Below the pieces are notes generated by a model. The model was not told where the DNA came from. It did no database searches and was given only the letters and a program-made list of their open reading frames with translations. The position numbers and the translations under genes were made by a program. A stretch of 64,000 nt of DNA, taken from sequence record OQ850289; one strand, written 5' to 3'. This DNA comes from Escherichia phage vB_EcoM_ULIM3. This document shows, in pieces, positions 1 to 16,056 of the stretch (within the stretch, counting starts at the first letter, position 1; every line of letters starts with the position of its first letter).

Positions 1-5276
<5,276 letters not shown>

Positions 5277-5278
5277 TA

Positions 5279-6451
5279 ATGGCAGTAGGTGAAATTCAAA
5301 TTAGTGCCTTGCCTCAAGCATCCTTACCAATTGACCTTAGTGATATCTTCCATCTTAAGCAGGGTATTGAGGATAAGAGGTGTACTCTTGAGCAATTACT
5401 TGCTCCACACGCAAGCCTAAGAAATAACCCTCATGGTGTTACTAAAACACAAATTGGTTTAGATAATGTTATTAATGCTCTTCAGTTAGTCGCTGAAAAT
5501 AACTTATCAGATATTGTTAATGTAGCTGAGGCAAGAGCAAATCTACAGATTATGTCTTCAGAAGAGGTTAATAACCTTGTCCAGCAACATATCAAGGACA
5601 AGAGTAACCCACACAATACAACTAAGGCACAGGTTGGTTTAAGTAATGTTCAGAACTGGACAACATCTAATCTGTATAACGAAGATGCAGATAAGTATGC
5701 TACAGCAAGAGCAGTAAATAACTTGTACAAGGCTGTTCAGGCTTCTTATCCAGTAGGTACTATCCATCTTTCTATGAACTCTGCAAACCCTTCCACATAC
5801 TTAATTTGTGGAGGTACTTGGGAGTTAGTTTCAAAAGGCAGGGCATTGGTTGGCTATGACTCTGATACAAGACCAGCAGGTTCTGTATTTGGCGCTTCAA
5901 CTGTCACTTTGTCAGTTAATAACATACCTCAGCACTCCCACTCTGTGTCTCTTAGCGGTGGTGGTCACACTCATAATGCAACTGTGTCAATTTCAGCTTT
6001 TGATTATGGGACTAAGACTACAAACTCTTTTGACTATGGGACAAAAGCTACTAACACAACTGGTAACCATACACACAGTGTGTCAGGTAACACTAGCACC
6101 AATGGTACTCACAACCATGATGTGTATCCTAGAGAAAATGATGGCACTGGTAATGCTGTGGCTGACTCTGATGGTGGTGGTGCAAGAAGGACATCAAGGA
6201 CTTCTAGTGATGGTGCGCACTCACACAGCTTTAACGTCACATCTGGTGCATCAGGTGACCACAGCCACACGGTTGGTATTGGTGCTCACAGTCATACAGT
6301 TGGTATTGGTTCACATACGCATAGTGGCACTGTAACAGTTTCTTCTTCTGAACATACACATAGTGGCAATACAAATAGTGTTGGTGGAGGTCAGGCAGTT
6401 AATATTGAACAGCCATCCTTCGTACTGTATGTATGGCAGAGAACAGCTTAA
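5279..6451 (+). CDS. tail fibre protein with C-terminal HxH repeats
   Basis: 390 aa; C-terminal third has repeated H-x-H motifs (HTHS, HSHT, HNHD) and FDYGTK repeats; terminator follows. Confidence 0.75.
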   Translation: MAVGEIQISALPQASLPIDLSDIFHLKQGIEDKRCTLEQLLAPHASLRNNPHGVTKTQIGLDNVINALQLVAENNLSDIVNVAEARANLQIMSSEEVNNLVQQHIKDKSNPHNTTKAQVGLSNVQNWTTSNLYNEDADKYATARAVNNLYKAVQASYPVGTIHLSMNSANPSTYLICGGTWELVSKGRALVGYDSDTRPAGSVFGASTVTLSVNNIPQHSHSVSLSGGGHTHNATVSISAFDYGTKTTNSFDYGTKATNTTGNHTHSVSGNTSTNGTHNHDVYPRENDGTGNAVADSDGGGARRTSRTSSDGAHSHSFNVTSGASGDHSHTVGIGAHSHTVGIGSHTHSGTVTVSSSEHTHSGNTNSVGGGQAVNIEQPSFVLYVWQRTA

Positions 6452-6497
6452 TTTCTTTACAGGGGCTTTATAGCCCCTTTTAAGAGGAAAATTTATA

Positions 6498-8852
6498 ATG
6501 GCAGATTACAAATTGAGTGAGCTAAACTCAATCGACACAATCCGTTCAGATGACCTTCTTCATGTCAGAGTTAAAAAGAGACCTGAAATGCTGGGTGATG
6601 AAGACCGTCGAATGACCTATCAAGATTTCTTAGCATCTTTTAAGCTTGAAAGATTTGTTCAGATTGCTGGTAGCACTATGACGGGTGACTTAGGAATTGT
6701 TAAGCTACTTTACGGTGGCAAGGCTGTATTCGACCCCACAGGCTCTTCTGAGATTACTGTTGGTGATGTTTTAAAGACTTTTAAAATCAACGCAAACGGC
6801 CTTAAACTAACTATTGCAGACGCTTCAAGGTCGGCAACTGTTTATCATACTTTGAATAAGCCAAGCCCTAATGAACTTGGGATGAGAACTAATGAAGAGA
6901 ATGACGCAAGGTATGCAAGACTAGCCGTGAATAATACCTTTAGAGGTACTCAAGCTATCCTCTCTGACAATGAAGCGCTCATTATTAAAAATATCACTCA
7001 AGGTGCTCCACTCTATCTTCGTGGTCAAGATGCAGATGGTACTAACAGATGGTATCTAGGTAATGATAATAGGGGTACAAATAATCTTGTATTGAAGAAT
7101 GTAAAGTCTGACGTTTCAATTGCTATTTTAGAGAATTTGGTGACAGTCAACAGAACTCTTCAAATTGCTGGCCAAGTTCAGCCTTCAAGTTTTGCTAACT
7201 TAGATGCTAGGTATTTTACCCAGACAGCAGCTAATCAGAGATTTGCGCAGTTAGCTGGCAATAATACATTTAGTGGTTCTAATATTTTCACTAATTTTGT
7301 TATTAAGAAGAATGCTAATGCTATTACTATTCAAAATGTAGATACAACTGCGGCTTTGTATATCCAAGCAAGGAAATCAGATGGAACTAATAAGTGGTAC
7401 ATTGGTAATGATGGTGATGAAAACATTGTAAACATCTATAACTATTTAGCAAAAACACAAATCTCATTAGGTAACACCATTACCATGAGCAGAACAGTCC
7501 AAATTGGTGGTCAAGTACAACCTTCTGATTGGACTAACATTGATTCTAGATATATTCCGGCAGCCACTTTGAGTAATCTCCCTAAACTTAATGTGTCTAA
7601 TACTTTTACAAATGTGCAAACTATTGTATCTAACAACGAGGGTTTGGTATTAAGGAACTTGACACAGGGGCAGCCACTATATATCCGTGGTGTTGATACT
7701 GAGAATGTTTCTAGATGGTGGTTAGGTGTAGGTGGTCCAAACTCTAATGTGGTAACACTTAACAACAACTATTCTGACACTAAAATCTCACTTGGTGGCT
7801 CATCAGTAATGACTAATAAGAGCTTAGCTATTACTGGTCAAGTACAACCTTCTGACTTCTCTAACTTAGATGCTAGATACTATACCCAAGCTGCCGCAAA
7901 CGCAAGATATATGCTTGCAAGCATCACTGGTTCGGCTTCTGAAGCAGATGGTGGTGATGGTGTTGCATGGGATGCAAAAACAGGTCTTTATAAGGTTACT
8001 AACACCACTGGACAGTCTTCTTCACTTGTATATCACATGTTTTTAGGGACTAGTTCTACACCATCTGCACAATTAAAGTTTTCGTTTAAAAATGGTGGGA
8101 TGTGGTATAGAACATCAAGAGATGCCTATGGCTTCGAAGTTAATTGGTCTAAAGTTTACACGGAAGCACAAAAACCAACCCCTTCAGAGATTGGTGCATA
8201 CACTAAAGCTGAAACTGACCAGAAAATTGCAACAGCAATTAGTGACTCTACAGACCTTAACAAAATCTATCCAGTTGGTATTGTAACGTGGTTTAACAGT
8301 AATGTTAACCCTAATACAGCACTCCCTGGTCTAACTTGGACGTACCTGAATAATGGTGTTGGTAGAACTATCAGAATCGCAGCAGCAAACGGTTCAGATG
8401 TTGCTACAACTGGTGGTTCAGATTCTGTGACATTAGCTGTTGGTAACTTACCATCACACACTCACAGTTTCTCTGCTACCACTTCATCTTTTGATTATGG
8501 TACGAAGAACACTAACAGTACTGGTGCACATACCCATTCAGTTAGTGGTACTGCTGCATCTGCTGGGCAACACGCACACAGAATTTCACAGGGTGACAAC
8601 GCTAACGTTTCATCAGGTAGAGTCGCATCTTCAAACTCTGCTCAGACCCATGTTGGTTGGACTGAAAATGATGGTGTTCACACCCACTCAGTTAGTGGTA
8701 CTGCTGCATCTGCTGGTGGACATGCTCACTCTGTAGGTATTGGTGCTCATAGCCACACAGTTAGTGGTAACACTGGTGGTACAGGTTCTGGTTCAGCATT
8801 TAGTGTTACTAACCAGTTCTACAAGTTAATGGCTTGGGTAAGAACTGCTTAA
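6498..8852 (+). CDS. long tail fibre protein with triplicated shaft repeat and HxH tip
   Basis: 784 aa; three ~110 aa internal repeats each ending GQVQPS(D/S)(F/W)xN(L/I)D(A/S)RY; C-terminal FDYGTK and HxH repeats shared with 5279-6451. Confidence 0.8.
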   Translation: MADYKLSELNSIDTIRSDDLLHVRVKKRPEMLGDEDRRMTYQDFLASFKLERFVQIAGSTMTGDLGIVKLLYGGKAVFDPTGSSEITVGDVLKTFKINANGLKLTIADASRSATVYHTLNKPSPNELGMRTNEENDARYARLAVNNTFRGTQAILSDNEALIIKNITQGAPLYLRGQDADGTNRWYLGNDNRGTNNLVLKNVKSDVSIAILENLVTVNRTLQIAGQVQPSSFANLDARYFTQTAANQRFAQLAGNNTFSGSNIFTNFVIKKNANAITIQNVDTTAALYIQARKSDGTNKWYIGNDGDENIVNIYNYLAKTQISLGNTITMSRTVQIGGQVQPSDWTNIDSRYIPAATLSNLPKLNVSNTFTNVQTIVSNNEGLVLRNLTQGQPLYIRGVDTENVSRWWLGVGGPNSNVVTLNNNYSDTKISLGGSSVMTNKSLAITGQVQPSDFSNLDARYYTQAAANARYMLASITGSASEADGGDGVAWDAKTGLYKVTNTTGQSSSLVYHMFLGTSSTPSAQLKFSFKNGGMWYRTSRDAYGFEVNWSKVYTEAQKPTPSEIGAYTKAETDQKIATAISDSTDLNKIYPVGIVTWFNSNVNPNTALPGLTWTYLNNGVGRTIRIAAANGSDVATTGGSDSVTLAVGNLPSHTHSFSATTSSFDYGTKNTNSTGAHTHSVSGTAASAGQHAHRISQGDNANVSSGRVASSNSAQTHVGWTENDGVHTHSVSGTAASAGGHAHSVGIGAHSHTVSGNTGGTGSGSAFSVTNQFYKLMAWVRTA

Positions 8853-8931
8853 TCCCTTGTTGACTGATTGTTAAGATGGTGTTAATATTCTTTATGGGTA
8901 TTCTCACCATCTTGGCTGATGAGGTGATTAA

Positions 8932-9129
8932 ATGCCTACAATCCTAGCAATTCTTCTAAAAAATCTAGGCAGCTTCTTCTGGAAACTCATTTTATCCCTT
9001 CTAAGTGAATACATGATTGAGAAAGTGTTCTTTAAGCTTGCAAGATACCTTGCGAGTAAAACAGACACACCTATTGATGATGAGTTCGTAGATAACTTAG
9101 AAAAAGCTTTTAAGGGGGAGAATAAATGA
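8932..9129 (+). CDS. small hydrophobic protein
   Basis: 65 aa ORF with hydrophobic N-terminus, after the tail-fibre genes. Confidence 0.4.
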   Translation: MPTILAILLKNLGSFFWKLILSLLSEYMIEKVFFKLARYLASKTDTPIDDEFVDNLEKAFKGENK

Positions 9130-9497
9130 AGTGGCTAGAGGAAGCTTTTAAAAATAATATTGGTGCAATTGTAGTTGGTATTTTTAGTGTTATTGGGATG
9201 TATACCACGATGCAAGTTTCAAGTGGTAAACAAGAAGTGTCTGTCACAACAAAGTTACAGCAGCTAGATAATTATTCCAAAAGTAACTATTCAGCTATTC
9301 GTGATTTACAGTCTGACATGAGACTGATTCAGCTAGGGATGGAGAACCAGAAAGTTCAGTTAGAGAATGTTAAGGGTGAAAACGCAAAACTTACCAAAAC
9401 TCTTGATAAATTCTCTGACAGTGTGAACAATCTGGCTCAATCAGTATCAGCCTTGCAAGCTATTACTGAGAAGAACACAAAGAATACTGAAAAATAA
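9126..9497 (+). CDS. membrane-anchored coiled-coil protein
   Basis: 123 aa; N-terminal TM segment (IGAIVVGIFSVIGMY) then coiled-coil-like sequence; ATGA overlap with upstream ORF. Confidence 0.5.
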   Translation: MKWLEEAFKNNIGAIVVGIFSVIGMYTTMQVSSGKQEVSVTTKLQQLDNYSKSNYSAIRDLQSDMRLIQLGMENQKVQLENVKGENAKLTKTLDKFSDSVNNLAQSVSALQAITEKNTKNTEK

Positions 9498-9503
9498 AAT
9501 TTT

Positions 9504-9535
9504 AAGGCTCCTTTTTACGGGAGCCTTTTTTGTTT
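9504..9535. terminator. bidirectional intrinsic terminator between convergent units
   Basis: Hairpin AAGGCTCC-TTTTTAC-GGGAGCCTT with T-run on + and A-run upstream (T-run on -). Confidence 0.7.
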
Positions 9536-10434
9536 TACTTGCCTACTGACAGAGGTGCTTCAATCTTCCCTGCATGTTGGTAGTTGTTAATACCACCAAT
9601 AAAGTCACTTGCAGTAAGGTGTTTTAGGTCACTTAGTGTGTTAAGCTGCACACCAATCTCAAAAGTAGGTGCATGGAACTCTTTATTGTTCATCAGTTCA
9701 TAAACCTGCTTCATATGATTCTGATAAATCTGAGTGTCTCCAAAGACACCTATCAAGTATCGTGGAGTGTATCCAGTCATCTTACAAAGAACTTCTAAGA
9801 TGAAGCCATAAGACGCAATATTAAACGGAAGCCCTAAAAAGGTGTCTACAGAACGTTGATACCATTGCAAATCCACTTCACCTTCGTTAGTGATATAAAT
9901 CTGAAACAGTACATGACAAGGTGCTAAAGCCATCGAATTAGCTGCAATATCTGCTGCATTCCAAGCATTAACAAGCATGTAGCGGTCTGTGATATCACCT
10001 TTCATCTTCGTTACTAAGGTTTCTAACTGGTCTACAACACAACCATTATGACCTTCAAAGTTTCTCCACTGAACCCCGTAGATTCTCCCACCTGCATCTT
10101 CTAACCAGTCTTGTTCAGAAGAATAGTTAGAGCTTAACCAGCGTTTAAAATCATCTGACCAGATAGTCCAGCGTTCCCCATCATTTTCACCCCAAGTACG
10201 GTAACGGAGTTCACCAAGTTTATTCTCACCGTTCAGGAACCATAAAGCTTCCCCAATAACTTGCCGTGTAAACACCTGTTTAGATGTTAAGAGTGGGAAA
10301 CCAGTTCTCATATCAAAACGAAATTGTGGTGGAGCAAATGCAGAGATAACGTCTCCAGTTCGTGTAGTACGCAGTTCACCAACGGATAGAACATGGTTCA
10401 GAATATTTTTGTAACTTGAATCTGCTTGTGACAT
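9535..10434 (-). CDS. thyA: thymidylate synthase
   Basis: 299 aa; ThyA motifs ALWFLNG, MALAPCH, LGLPFNIASY, DTQIYQNHM. Confidence 0.9.
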   Translation of the reverse strand: MSQADSSYKNILNHVLSVGELRTTRTGDVISAFAPPQFRFDMRTGFPLLTSKQVFTRQVIGEALWFLNGENKLGELRYRTWGENDGERWTIWSDDFKRWLSSNYSSEQDWLEDAGGRIYGVQWRNFEGHNGCVVDQLETLVTKMKGDITDRYMLVNAWNAADIAANSMALAPCHVLFQIYITNEGEVDLQWYQRSVDTFLGLPFNIASYGFILEVLCKMTGYTPRYLIGVFGDTQIYQNHMKQVYELMNNKEFHAPTFEIGVQLNTLSDLKHLTASDFIGGINNYQHAGKIEAPLSVGK

Positions 10435-10435
10435 A

Positions 10436-10981
10436 TCAAAAGTGTCCTTTTACTTGTGGAACATAAATTTCAAAGGTTGCTTTACCATCATCTGAGGGTC
10501 TTGACTGCACCTTTGCAAATACACGGCTATCATACAATTTATCGAAGAAGTTTTCAAAAGGTAAATACACAGTGGCCTCTTCAGTGACTTTATGGAAAAC
10601 TGTATGGAAAACCACACCAGCATACGGCAAAGCATCGACAAGAACACCTGCACCACCAATTACAAAGACATCTTCATCAATAGAGCTGTCAAGATACTTC
10701 AAAAATGCTCCAAAGGATTCTTTACTAGCCTTAGCATACATTACATCGTCTTTGTCAAAGTCTATACCCAAATATGGAACAGAGTTCGTTAAGACGAGGT
10801 TTGTACGTTCTGGTAATGGTTTGCTACCCAGAGTCTTAAAAGTTTCATTACCCATGACTACTAAGTTATCTTTAGTGAGTCTCTTAAACTCTTGCATATC
10901 CTGTTTATGTCGAGGCCACGGCATACCAGTTGGAGTACCAAACTCCCCATTTTCACCACTTGCAAAGATTAATTTAATCAT
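10436..10981 (-). CDS. frd: dihydrofolate reductase
   Basis: 181 aa; DHFR-like N-terminus (IFA..GxPW, VVMGNETFKTLG, NLVLT); adjacent to thyA as in T4 frd-td. Confidence 0.8.
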   Translation of the reverse strand: MIKLIFASGENGEFGTPTGMPWPRHKQDMQEFKRLTKDNLVVMGNETFKTLGSKPLPERTNLVLTNSVPYLGIDFDKDDVMYAKASKESFGAFLKYLDSSIDEDVFVIGGAGVLVDALPYAGVVFHTVFHKVTEEATVYLPFENFFDKLYDSRVFAKVQSRPSDDGKATFEIYVPQVKGHF

Positions 10982-11238
10982 TTTGTAAATCCTTTCTTAA
11001 TGAACCAGTTGATAACACTCTTCACAGCTTTATTGCTATGGTAGATTAAGTGTGGTGTAGGTTGGTATGAACCATAAGCCCAGAAAGCAATGATTTCATT
11101 ACATCCTGTACACCTTGTACTCTCTTCAGCAATATGACCGTTGACTATTTCACTTACCTCGCCTTGTAAGTCTGTACACCCACAATGTGGACATCGGATA
11201 GGTGTTCCATCAGACTCATAGCAGTGTTCAATTTTCAT
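10978..11238 (-). CDS. small zinc-ribbon protein
   Basis: 86 aa with CPHCGC ... CTGC cysteine pairs. Confidence 0.5.
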   Translation of the reverse strand: MKIEHCYESDGTPIRCPHCGCTDLQGEVSEIVNGHIAEESTRCTGCNEIIAFWAYGSYQPTPHLIYHSNKAVKSVINWFIKKGFTK

Positions 11239-11755
11239 CTATTTAACCTCAAAAACTGGCTCAAGAACCAATATAAAGTCTACACAGTCATCTTCTTCAT
11301 CCAGAATACCATCAAAGTTCTTAGGAACGAAGTCGAAGAGGCTCATAACAAAACAGTCAGAAGTGACCTTAATAGTTCCTCCCATGTTCTCTACAGTTAA
11401 CACTGTACGACTTTCTTTTACCTCCCTCAGAAGATTACCCACAAAGTCATCTAAGAAATACTTCATCAGTGACTTGAAACCTTTAGGGTAATCTGTACCA
11501 GAGTATGTTTCAATCTGAGGAACAAGTTTAACATTTATACTCGTCTTTGTTAAGAACGTGCTAGAGAACATACTATCAGGTAACTTACAAACAGTCTTTC
11601 CAGTACCTTCATGCTCAATCTCAACAAAACCAGCTTCATCGCCACATGTAACTATTTTAAAAGATGCTTCATTCTCATACTGTGAAGCCATAAACTTTTT
11701 AAGCATCTCTTTAAGGAAATCTGCATGAGCATCTTGTAAGTAGATATCAATCATA
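11239..11755 (-). CDS. hypothetical protein
   Basis: Track ORF 11239-11856; shortened to ATG (MIDIY) preceded by AGGTG, which removes overlap with the upstream gene. Confidence 0.5.
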
Positions 11756-11767
11756 GTTAAACACCTA

Positions 11768-12127
11768 TTATGGGAACAGACACTTAATGTCATCGTTTTT
11801 GAAAACGAAGCTTGTGTAGTTGTGACCATCAACATCCAACCAAACAGCCTGAACATCTACACCATCAAGATTCTGGTAAAGCTCTTTGATGAAGTGGTCT
11901 TTCACAATCTGACTGCTAGTTGTTTCCAGCTTAATGTTCGAGATTGCTGAACCTACAGCCATATAGCCCATGACACGTTTCTTCTCAGTATGCTTAATCT
12001 TACCATCTTTGTAAGCCATAATGAGATTGGAGAGAATCTTCACACCATAATACTTTTCAAGGTGAGTTGGTACGCCATAAAAGCCTAATGCGAAGTTTTC
12101 AGAGTGGATAATGTTTTCACGTTTCAT
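11768..12127 (-). CDS. hypothetical protein
   Basis: 119 aa ORF. Confidence 0.5.
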   Translation of the reverse strand: MKRENIIHSENFALGFYGVPTHLEKYYGVKILSNLIMAYKDGKIKHTEKKRVMGYMAVGSAISNIKLETTSSQIVKDHFIKELYQNLDGVDVQAVWLDVDGHNYTSFVFKNDDIKCLFP

Positions 12128-12128
12128 A

Positions 12129-12458
12129 TTAATCTGCCAACCTTAAATTGAAATTAACACCAAATTTTTCACATACTTCCAACATATACTCAAGGGAGAC
12201 GTTACCAGTGAGATGGATTATGTTGGATACACGAGCCTGAGAGATACCACAAATTTTAGCAACTTGCTCTTGAGAAAGGCCTCTGGATTTAATCTCTCTC
12301 TTAAAACGATGTGCAACGAAGTCTCTCATTTCGTCTACATCCATTGGACAAATATAACTCTCCATTTCAGCCTCTCTATCAGCCTCCCAATCATCTTGTG
12401 GGGCATAAGGGTCAAAAACCTCATTCATCTTTCTTCTTCCGTTTGCGTGAAGTGTCAA
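12129..12458 (-). CDS. putative HTH DNA-binding protein
   Basis: 109 aa; helix-turn-helix-like segment LSQEQVAKICGISQARVSNI; start may be the internal Met (MNEVF). Confidence 0.55.
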   Translation of the reverse strand: MTLHANGRRKMNEVFDPYAPQDDWEADREAEMESYICPMDVDEMRDFVAHRFKREIKSRGLSQEQVAKICGISQARVSNIIHLTGNVSLEYMLEVCEKFGVNFNLRLAD

Positions 12459-12633
12459 TCAATGAATCTATGTTTGTAGCCCTAACCTTTTCACGTTCAT
12501 CATTAAGATAATCATCAAGAGCCTTTTCAATCTGTGAATCATCTTGACAGATAACTGTAAAGACTGTAAATCCGTCTGTATCGTCAATTATCTTACCATA
12601 ACCGCTTCTGGGATGTAACTTTTTAAGAGCCAT
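12421..12633 (-). CDS. hypothetical protein
   Basis: 70 aa ORF. Confidence 0.4.
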   Translation of the reverse strand: MALKKLHPRSGYGKIIDDTDGFTVFTVICQDDSQIEKALDDYLNDEREKVRATNIDSLIDTSRKRKKKDE

Positions 12634-12634
12634 A

Positions 12635-13018
12635 TCAAATACCTGTGCAGCTTCTGTTTTCTAAGAAATACTCCACACCATACATAGCTTTTTGCATTAA
12701 ATCTTCTTTAAACTGGATACGATGATTGAGCATAGCCTGTACATCAATATCATCAGGGTGCTTCTCTTTAATGTTTGCAGATTGCAGGAAGTACTCTGCA
12801 AGAACGCGATACTGGTAGTCAGTCACCTTATCAGTCATCTCTGTCAAAGACTCTTCAGAGATGGGTTTAAGTAACTCACCATTAGCTAGAGCAACACCTT
12901 TTACAATCTGGCAAGTGTCTTCTGGAACACCTGATAAGTCCACATTTGGAAGTTCTGTTGCATTGACTGGTAAATTCATTGCCATAACCATTGCAGCAGC
13001 TAATAAAATCTTTTTCAT
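12635..13018 (-). CDS. secreted/periplasmic hypothetical protein
   Basis: 127 aa; N-terminal signal-peptide-like MKKILLAAAMVMAMNLPVNA. Confidence 0.55.
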   Translation of the reverse strand: MKKILLAAAMVMAMNLPVNATELPNVDLSGVPEDTCQIVKGVALANGELLKPISEESLTEMTDKVTDYQYRVLAEYFLQSANIKEKHPDDIDVQAMLNHRIQFKEDLMQKAMYGVEYFLENRSCTGI

Positions 13019-13068
13019 AATGACCTCAAAGTTATATTAAATTTTGTATTACATTGAGTATAAAAATA

Positions 13069-13107
13069 AGCTATAACACCTGACTTGTCAACAGATTTTA
13101 TAGCTTA
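13069..13107 (-). promoter_or_regulatory. palindromic operator-like site overlapping a TTGACA -35 element upstream of 12635-13018
   Basis: AAGCTATAA ... TTATAGCTT 9 bp inverted repeat with TTGACA in the 21 nt spacer (minus-strand reading). Confidence 0.4.
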
Positions 13108-13139
13108 TTTGGCAGATTTTTTATAAGGCTACTGCCATC

Positions 13140-13480
13140 CTTCCATACCAAACCTCACCTGACCTCGCCTAACCCTACCTTACTCCACCATACAGCACCT
13201 TATTAAAACACCCTGTTTAAAGACCTTTTAAAAAGGTAAGTCTCATTTTAATGTAGCTGAGACTAACTACCCATACCTCACCCTACCAGACCCTACCGAA
13301 CATCACTTAAAAACCCTCTTAGAAGACTCTTAAGTGATGTAATCGAATTTTAATGTAGCTCCGATTAACTACCCATACCTCACCTCACCCAACCATACCA
13401 TGCCTTGCCAGACCGCACCTTACCTCATTAAAAGACCCTCTTAAAAGACCTTTTAAAAAGGAGCCTCCGAAGAGGCTACC
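13140..13480 (-). repeat. non-coding repeat region (purine/GGT-rich on - strand) with conserved ~150 bp element
   Basis: No ORF; contains 7 bp inverted repeat AGTCTCA..TGAGACT and 10 bp inverted repeat CATCACTTAA..TTAAGTGATG; element recurs at 14720-14895. Confidence 0.6.
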
Positions 13481-13488
13481 TAGTCAAC

Positions 13489-13929
13489 TTAGAAAGGTTT
13501 TCTACGTTGCTTGTTAATGTTAGCTTTCATAGCAGCTAAATGGTTTTGCTGTTCAATCAGTCGTGAACGTTCTTGATGACTAAGCGCCATAGTGTTCACA
13601 TTCTCAATTGCTTGAGTGGCTTGCTTTAAAGCTCGACCAATCTTACCAGACATTTTGCGTTTTGCAATAGTTGCTTGATGCTTAGGTTCAACCACACGAT
13701 AACCAACACCCATTGAAGCAACCAGATAAATCTTCTCTTCTTTAAGAAGCTTTTCAATAAACTTCTCAAGTCGGTTTAGACGTGTAAGTGCATAAGCCTT
13801 CATTTCATCTTCGTACTTAACAATGTCACCTTGATAAGTTGGCTTCACAATACCTAAGAAGGTGTCCATCTCGGAATGTGATACAGTGTCGCCGTAACTA
13901 AACTTTGCTGCTAATGCTTTTGTATTCAT
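13489..13929 (-). CDS. hypothetical protein
   Basis: 146 aa ORF flanked by repeat regions. Confidence 0.55.
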   Translation of the reverse strand: MNTKALAAKFSYGDTVSHSEMDTFLGIVKPTYQGDIVKYEDEMKAYALTRLNRLEKFIEKLLKEEKIYLVASMGVGYRVVEPKHQATIAKRKMSGKIGRALKQATQAIENVNTMALSHQERSRLIEQQNHLAAMKANINKQRRKPF

Positions 13930-13931
13930 AA

Positions 13932-14537
<606 letters not shown>

Positions 14538-14589
14538 TTAGTTGATTGTTAAGTTGTTTGTAAAGAACCCTCAACAGAAGACTCTTTAG

Positions 14590-14900
14590 AAACTTGGTAG
14601 ATTTTTAACGTGGCTACTACCATCCACCCATACCTCACATCACCATACCATACCATACCATACCATACCATACCTGACCGGACCTAACCAAACTCCACAG
14701 CACCATACATCACATCACACAACCTTATTAAAAGACCCTGTTTAAAGACCCTTTAAAAAGGTAAGTCTCATTTTAATGTAGCTGAGACTAACTACCCATA
14801 CCAAACAGCACCGCACTATGCCTTACCCCACCTCACCGAGCCTCGCCCCACATCACTTAAAAACCCTTTTCAAAGACTCTTAAGGGATGTTGGTGAGTAC
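14590..14900 (-). repeat. non-coding repeat region, second copy of the conserved element plus (CATAC)6 microsatellite
   Basis: No ORF; 14720-14895 near-identical to 13195-13345; pentanucleotide CATAC x6 at 14644-14673. Confidence 0.6.
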
Positions 14901-14954
14901 CCGTTGGTTTATGCTGCTCAGTATACTCACCAAATTTTCTATGTCAACAACTTT

Positions 14955-16055
14955 TTACTCATAATCCCTAATAACTAACCCAACAGGGAACTGTAAAGAC
15001 CCCTTACGAGTCATCTTCTGGAACTGAACCGTTAAAGGCTTCCCGATAAACTCTTCAGGATGCTCAGCCAGATACTGCTTTTTCTCATGAGTGGTTTTCC
15101 ATGAGACATCTACAAAGACGTTAGGAAGAGTCTCTACAACGAACTTACCATGACCACGTTTATCAGTCTTTACACCAGTTACTTTAAACTCTTCAGTGTG
15201 CATCTTCTTGTGCTTAATCAAGAAGTATGAACGGTGACAACACTCATAGAAGGAGTCTTCAGAGATTGAACGGTACATTGCACCTTCAAACTTAGCTTCA
15301 ACCCACTTATCATGAGCTTCATCAAATTCTTCCCAAGAATTTACACGGATAGTCTGCACAGGAACAACTCTACAGGTATCCCCAAGCTCAACAATAGGTG
15401 AGTTATCAATAACTTCACGACGCTCAGGCCAAGATTTTGAATTGTCACAGATATCATACCAGTAGAATTTAAGAAGGTGACGGTCTGGATTGTCAGCATT
15501 CTTAATCATAGACACAATATCTTCTAAGTCCCAACCATGAGCATAAATCTCTCCATCAAAGTCTTCAACTTGCGGATGTAATTTAAGCAACAAAAGTAAG
15601 TCTGGTATTAGTTCTGCTGGAACGTTGTAAACAGTATTCTCACGAGAATAAGCTGTGAAACCGACTGAATCAGCATCTCTTGAAATTCTACAACGTACAC
15701 CATCCAGTTTCGGTTGAGCATCAGCAGGGAACTTCAGATACTTTGCATGACTAACCTTTGCAGCATCATGAGCAAGCTGTACACCTACCTTCTCAGTATT
15801 CTGTGCAGACTCTTTTGTGTAAGCATACCCTTTACGGTCAACTTGCTTTTTATACTTAGCAGCAACTTCAAAGAGAGCTTGCTGTTCAGCATTACGCTCA
15901 TTCTTTTTACCGATGTTTTTAGGTTCTGCTGTATACTCTTCAAACATCATCTTGCCATTTTCTTTGCCATAGGTTGTAATAACCTTGTCACCTACAGCAG
16001 TACATGACCAGATGTTAAAAGAGCCATCTTTATTTTGTTTGTACAGTATTGTCAT
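14955..16055 (-). CDS. ATP-dependent DNA ligase
   Basis: KLDGVRC adenylation motif (KxDG), EGAMY and LIKHKK downstream motifs; start set to ATG 16055 (MTILY) with GAGGA SD. Confidence 0.8.
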   Translation of the reverse strand: MTILYKQNKDGSFNIWSCTAVGDKVITTYGKENGKMMFEEYTAEPKNIGKKNERNAEQQALFEVAAKYKKQVDRKGYAYTKESAQNTEKVGVQLAHDAAKVSHAKYLKFPADAQPKLDGVRCRISRDADSVGFTAYSRENTVYNVPAELIPDLLLLLKLHPQVEDFDGEIYAHGWDLEDIVSMIKNADNPDRHLLKFYWYDICDNSKSWPERREVIDNSPIVELGDTCRVVPVQTIRVNSWEEFDEAHDKWVEAKFEGAMYRSISEDSFYECCHRSYFLIKHKKMHTEEFKVTGVKTDKRGHGKFVVETLPNVFVDVSWKTTHEKKQYLAEHPEEFIGKPLTVQFQKMTRKGSLQFPVGLVIRDYE

Positions 16056-16056
16056 T

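Noticed and set aside
5850-6335. 161 aa ORF in an alternate frame inside the tail-fibre gene
   Set aside because: Entirely contained in the 5279-6451 gene; leucine-rich low-complexity translation generated by the HxH repeat DNA
8874-8914. Stem-loop AAGATGGTG..CACCATCTT after the long tail-fibre gene as a terminator
   Set aside because: Long 23 nt loop and no downstream U-tract; not called as a terminator
10450-10988. ORFs 10450-10659 (-), 10572-10988 (+), 10592-10792 (+) overlapping the DHFR gene
   Set aside because: Alternate-frame or antisense shadows of the DHFR gene, which has clear motifs
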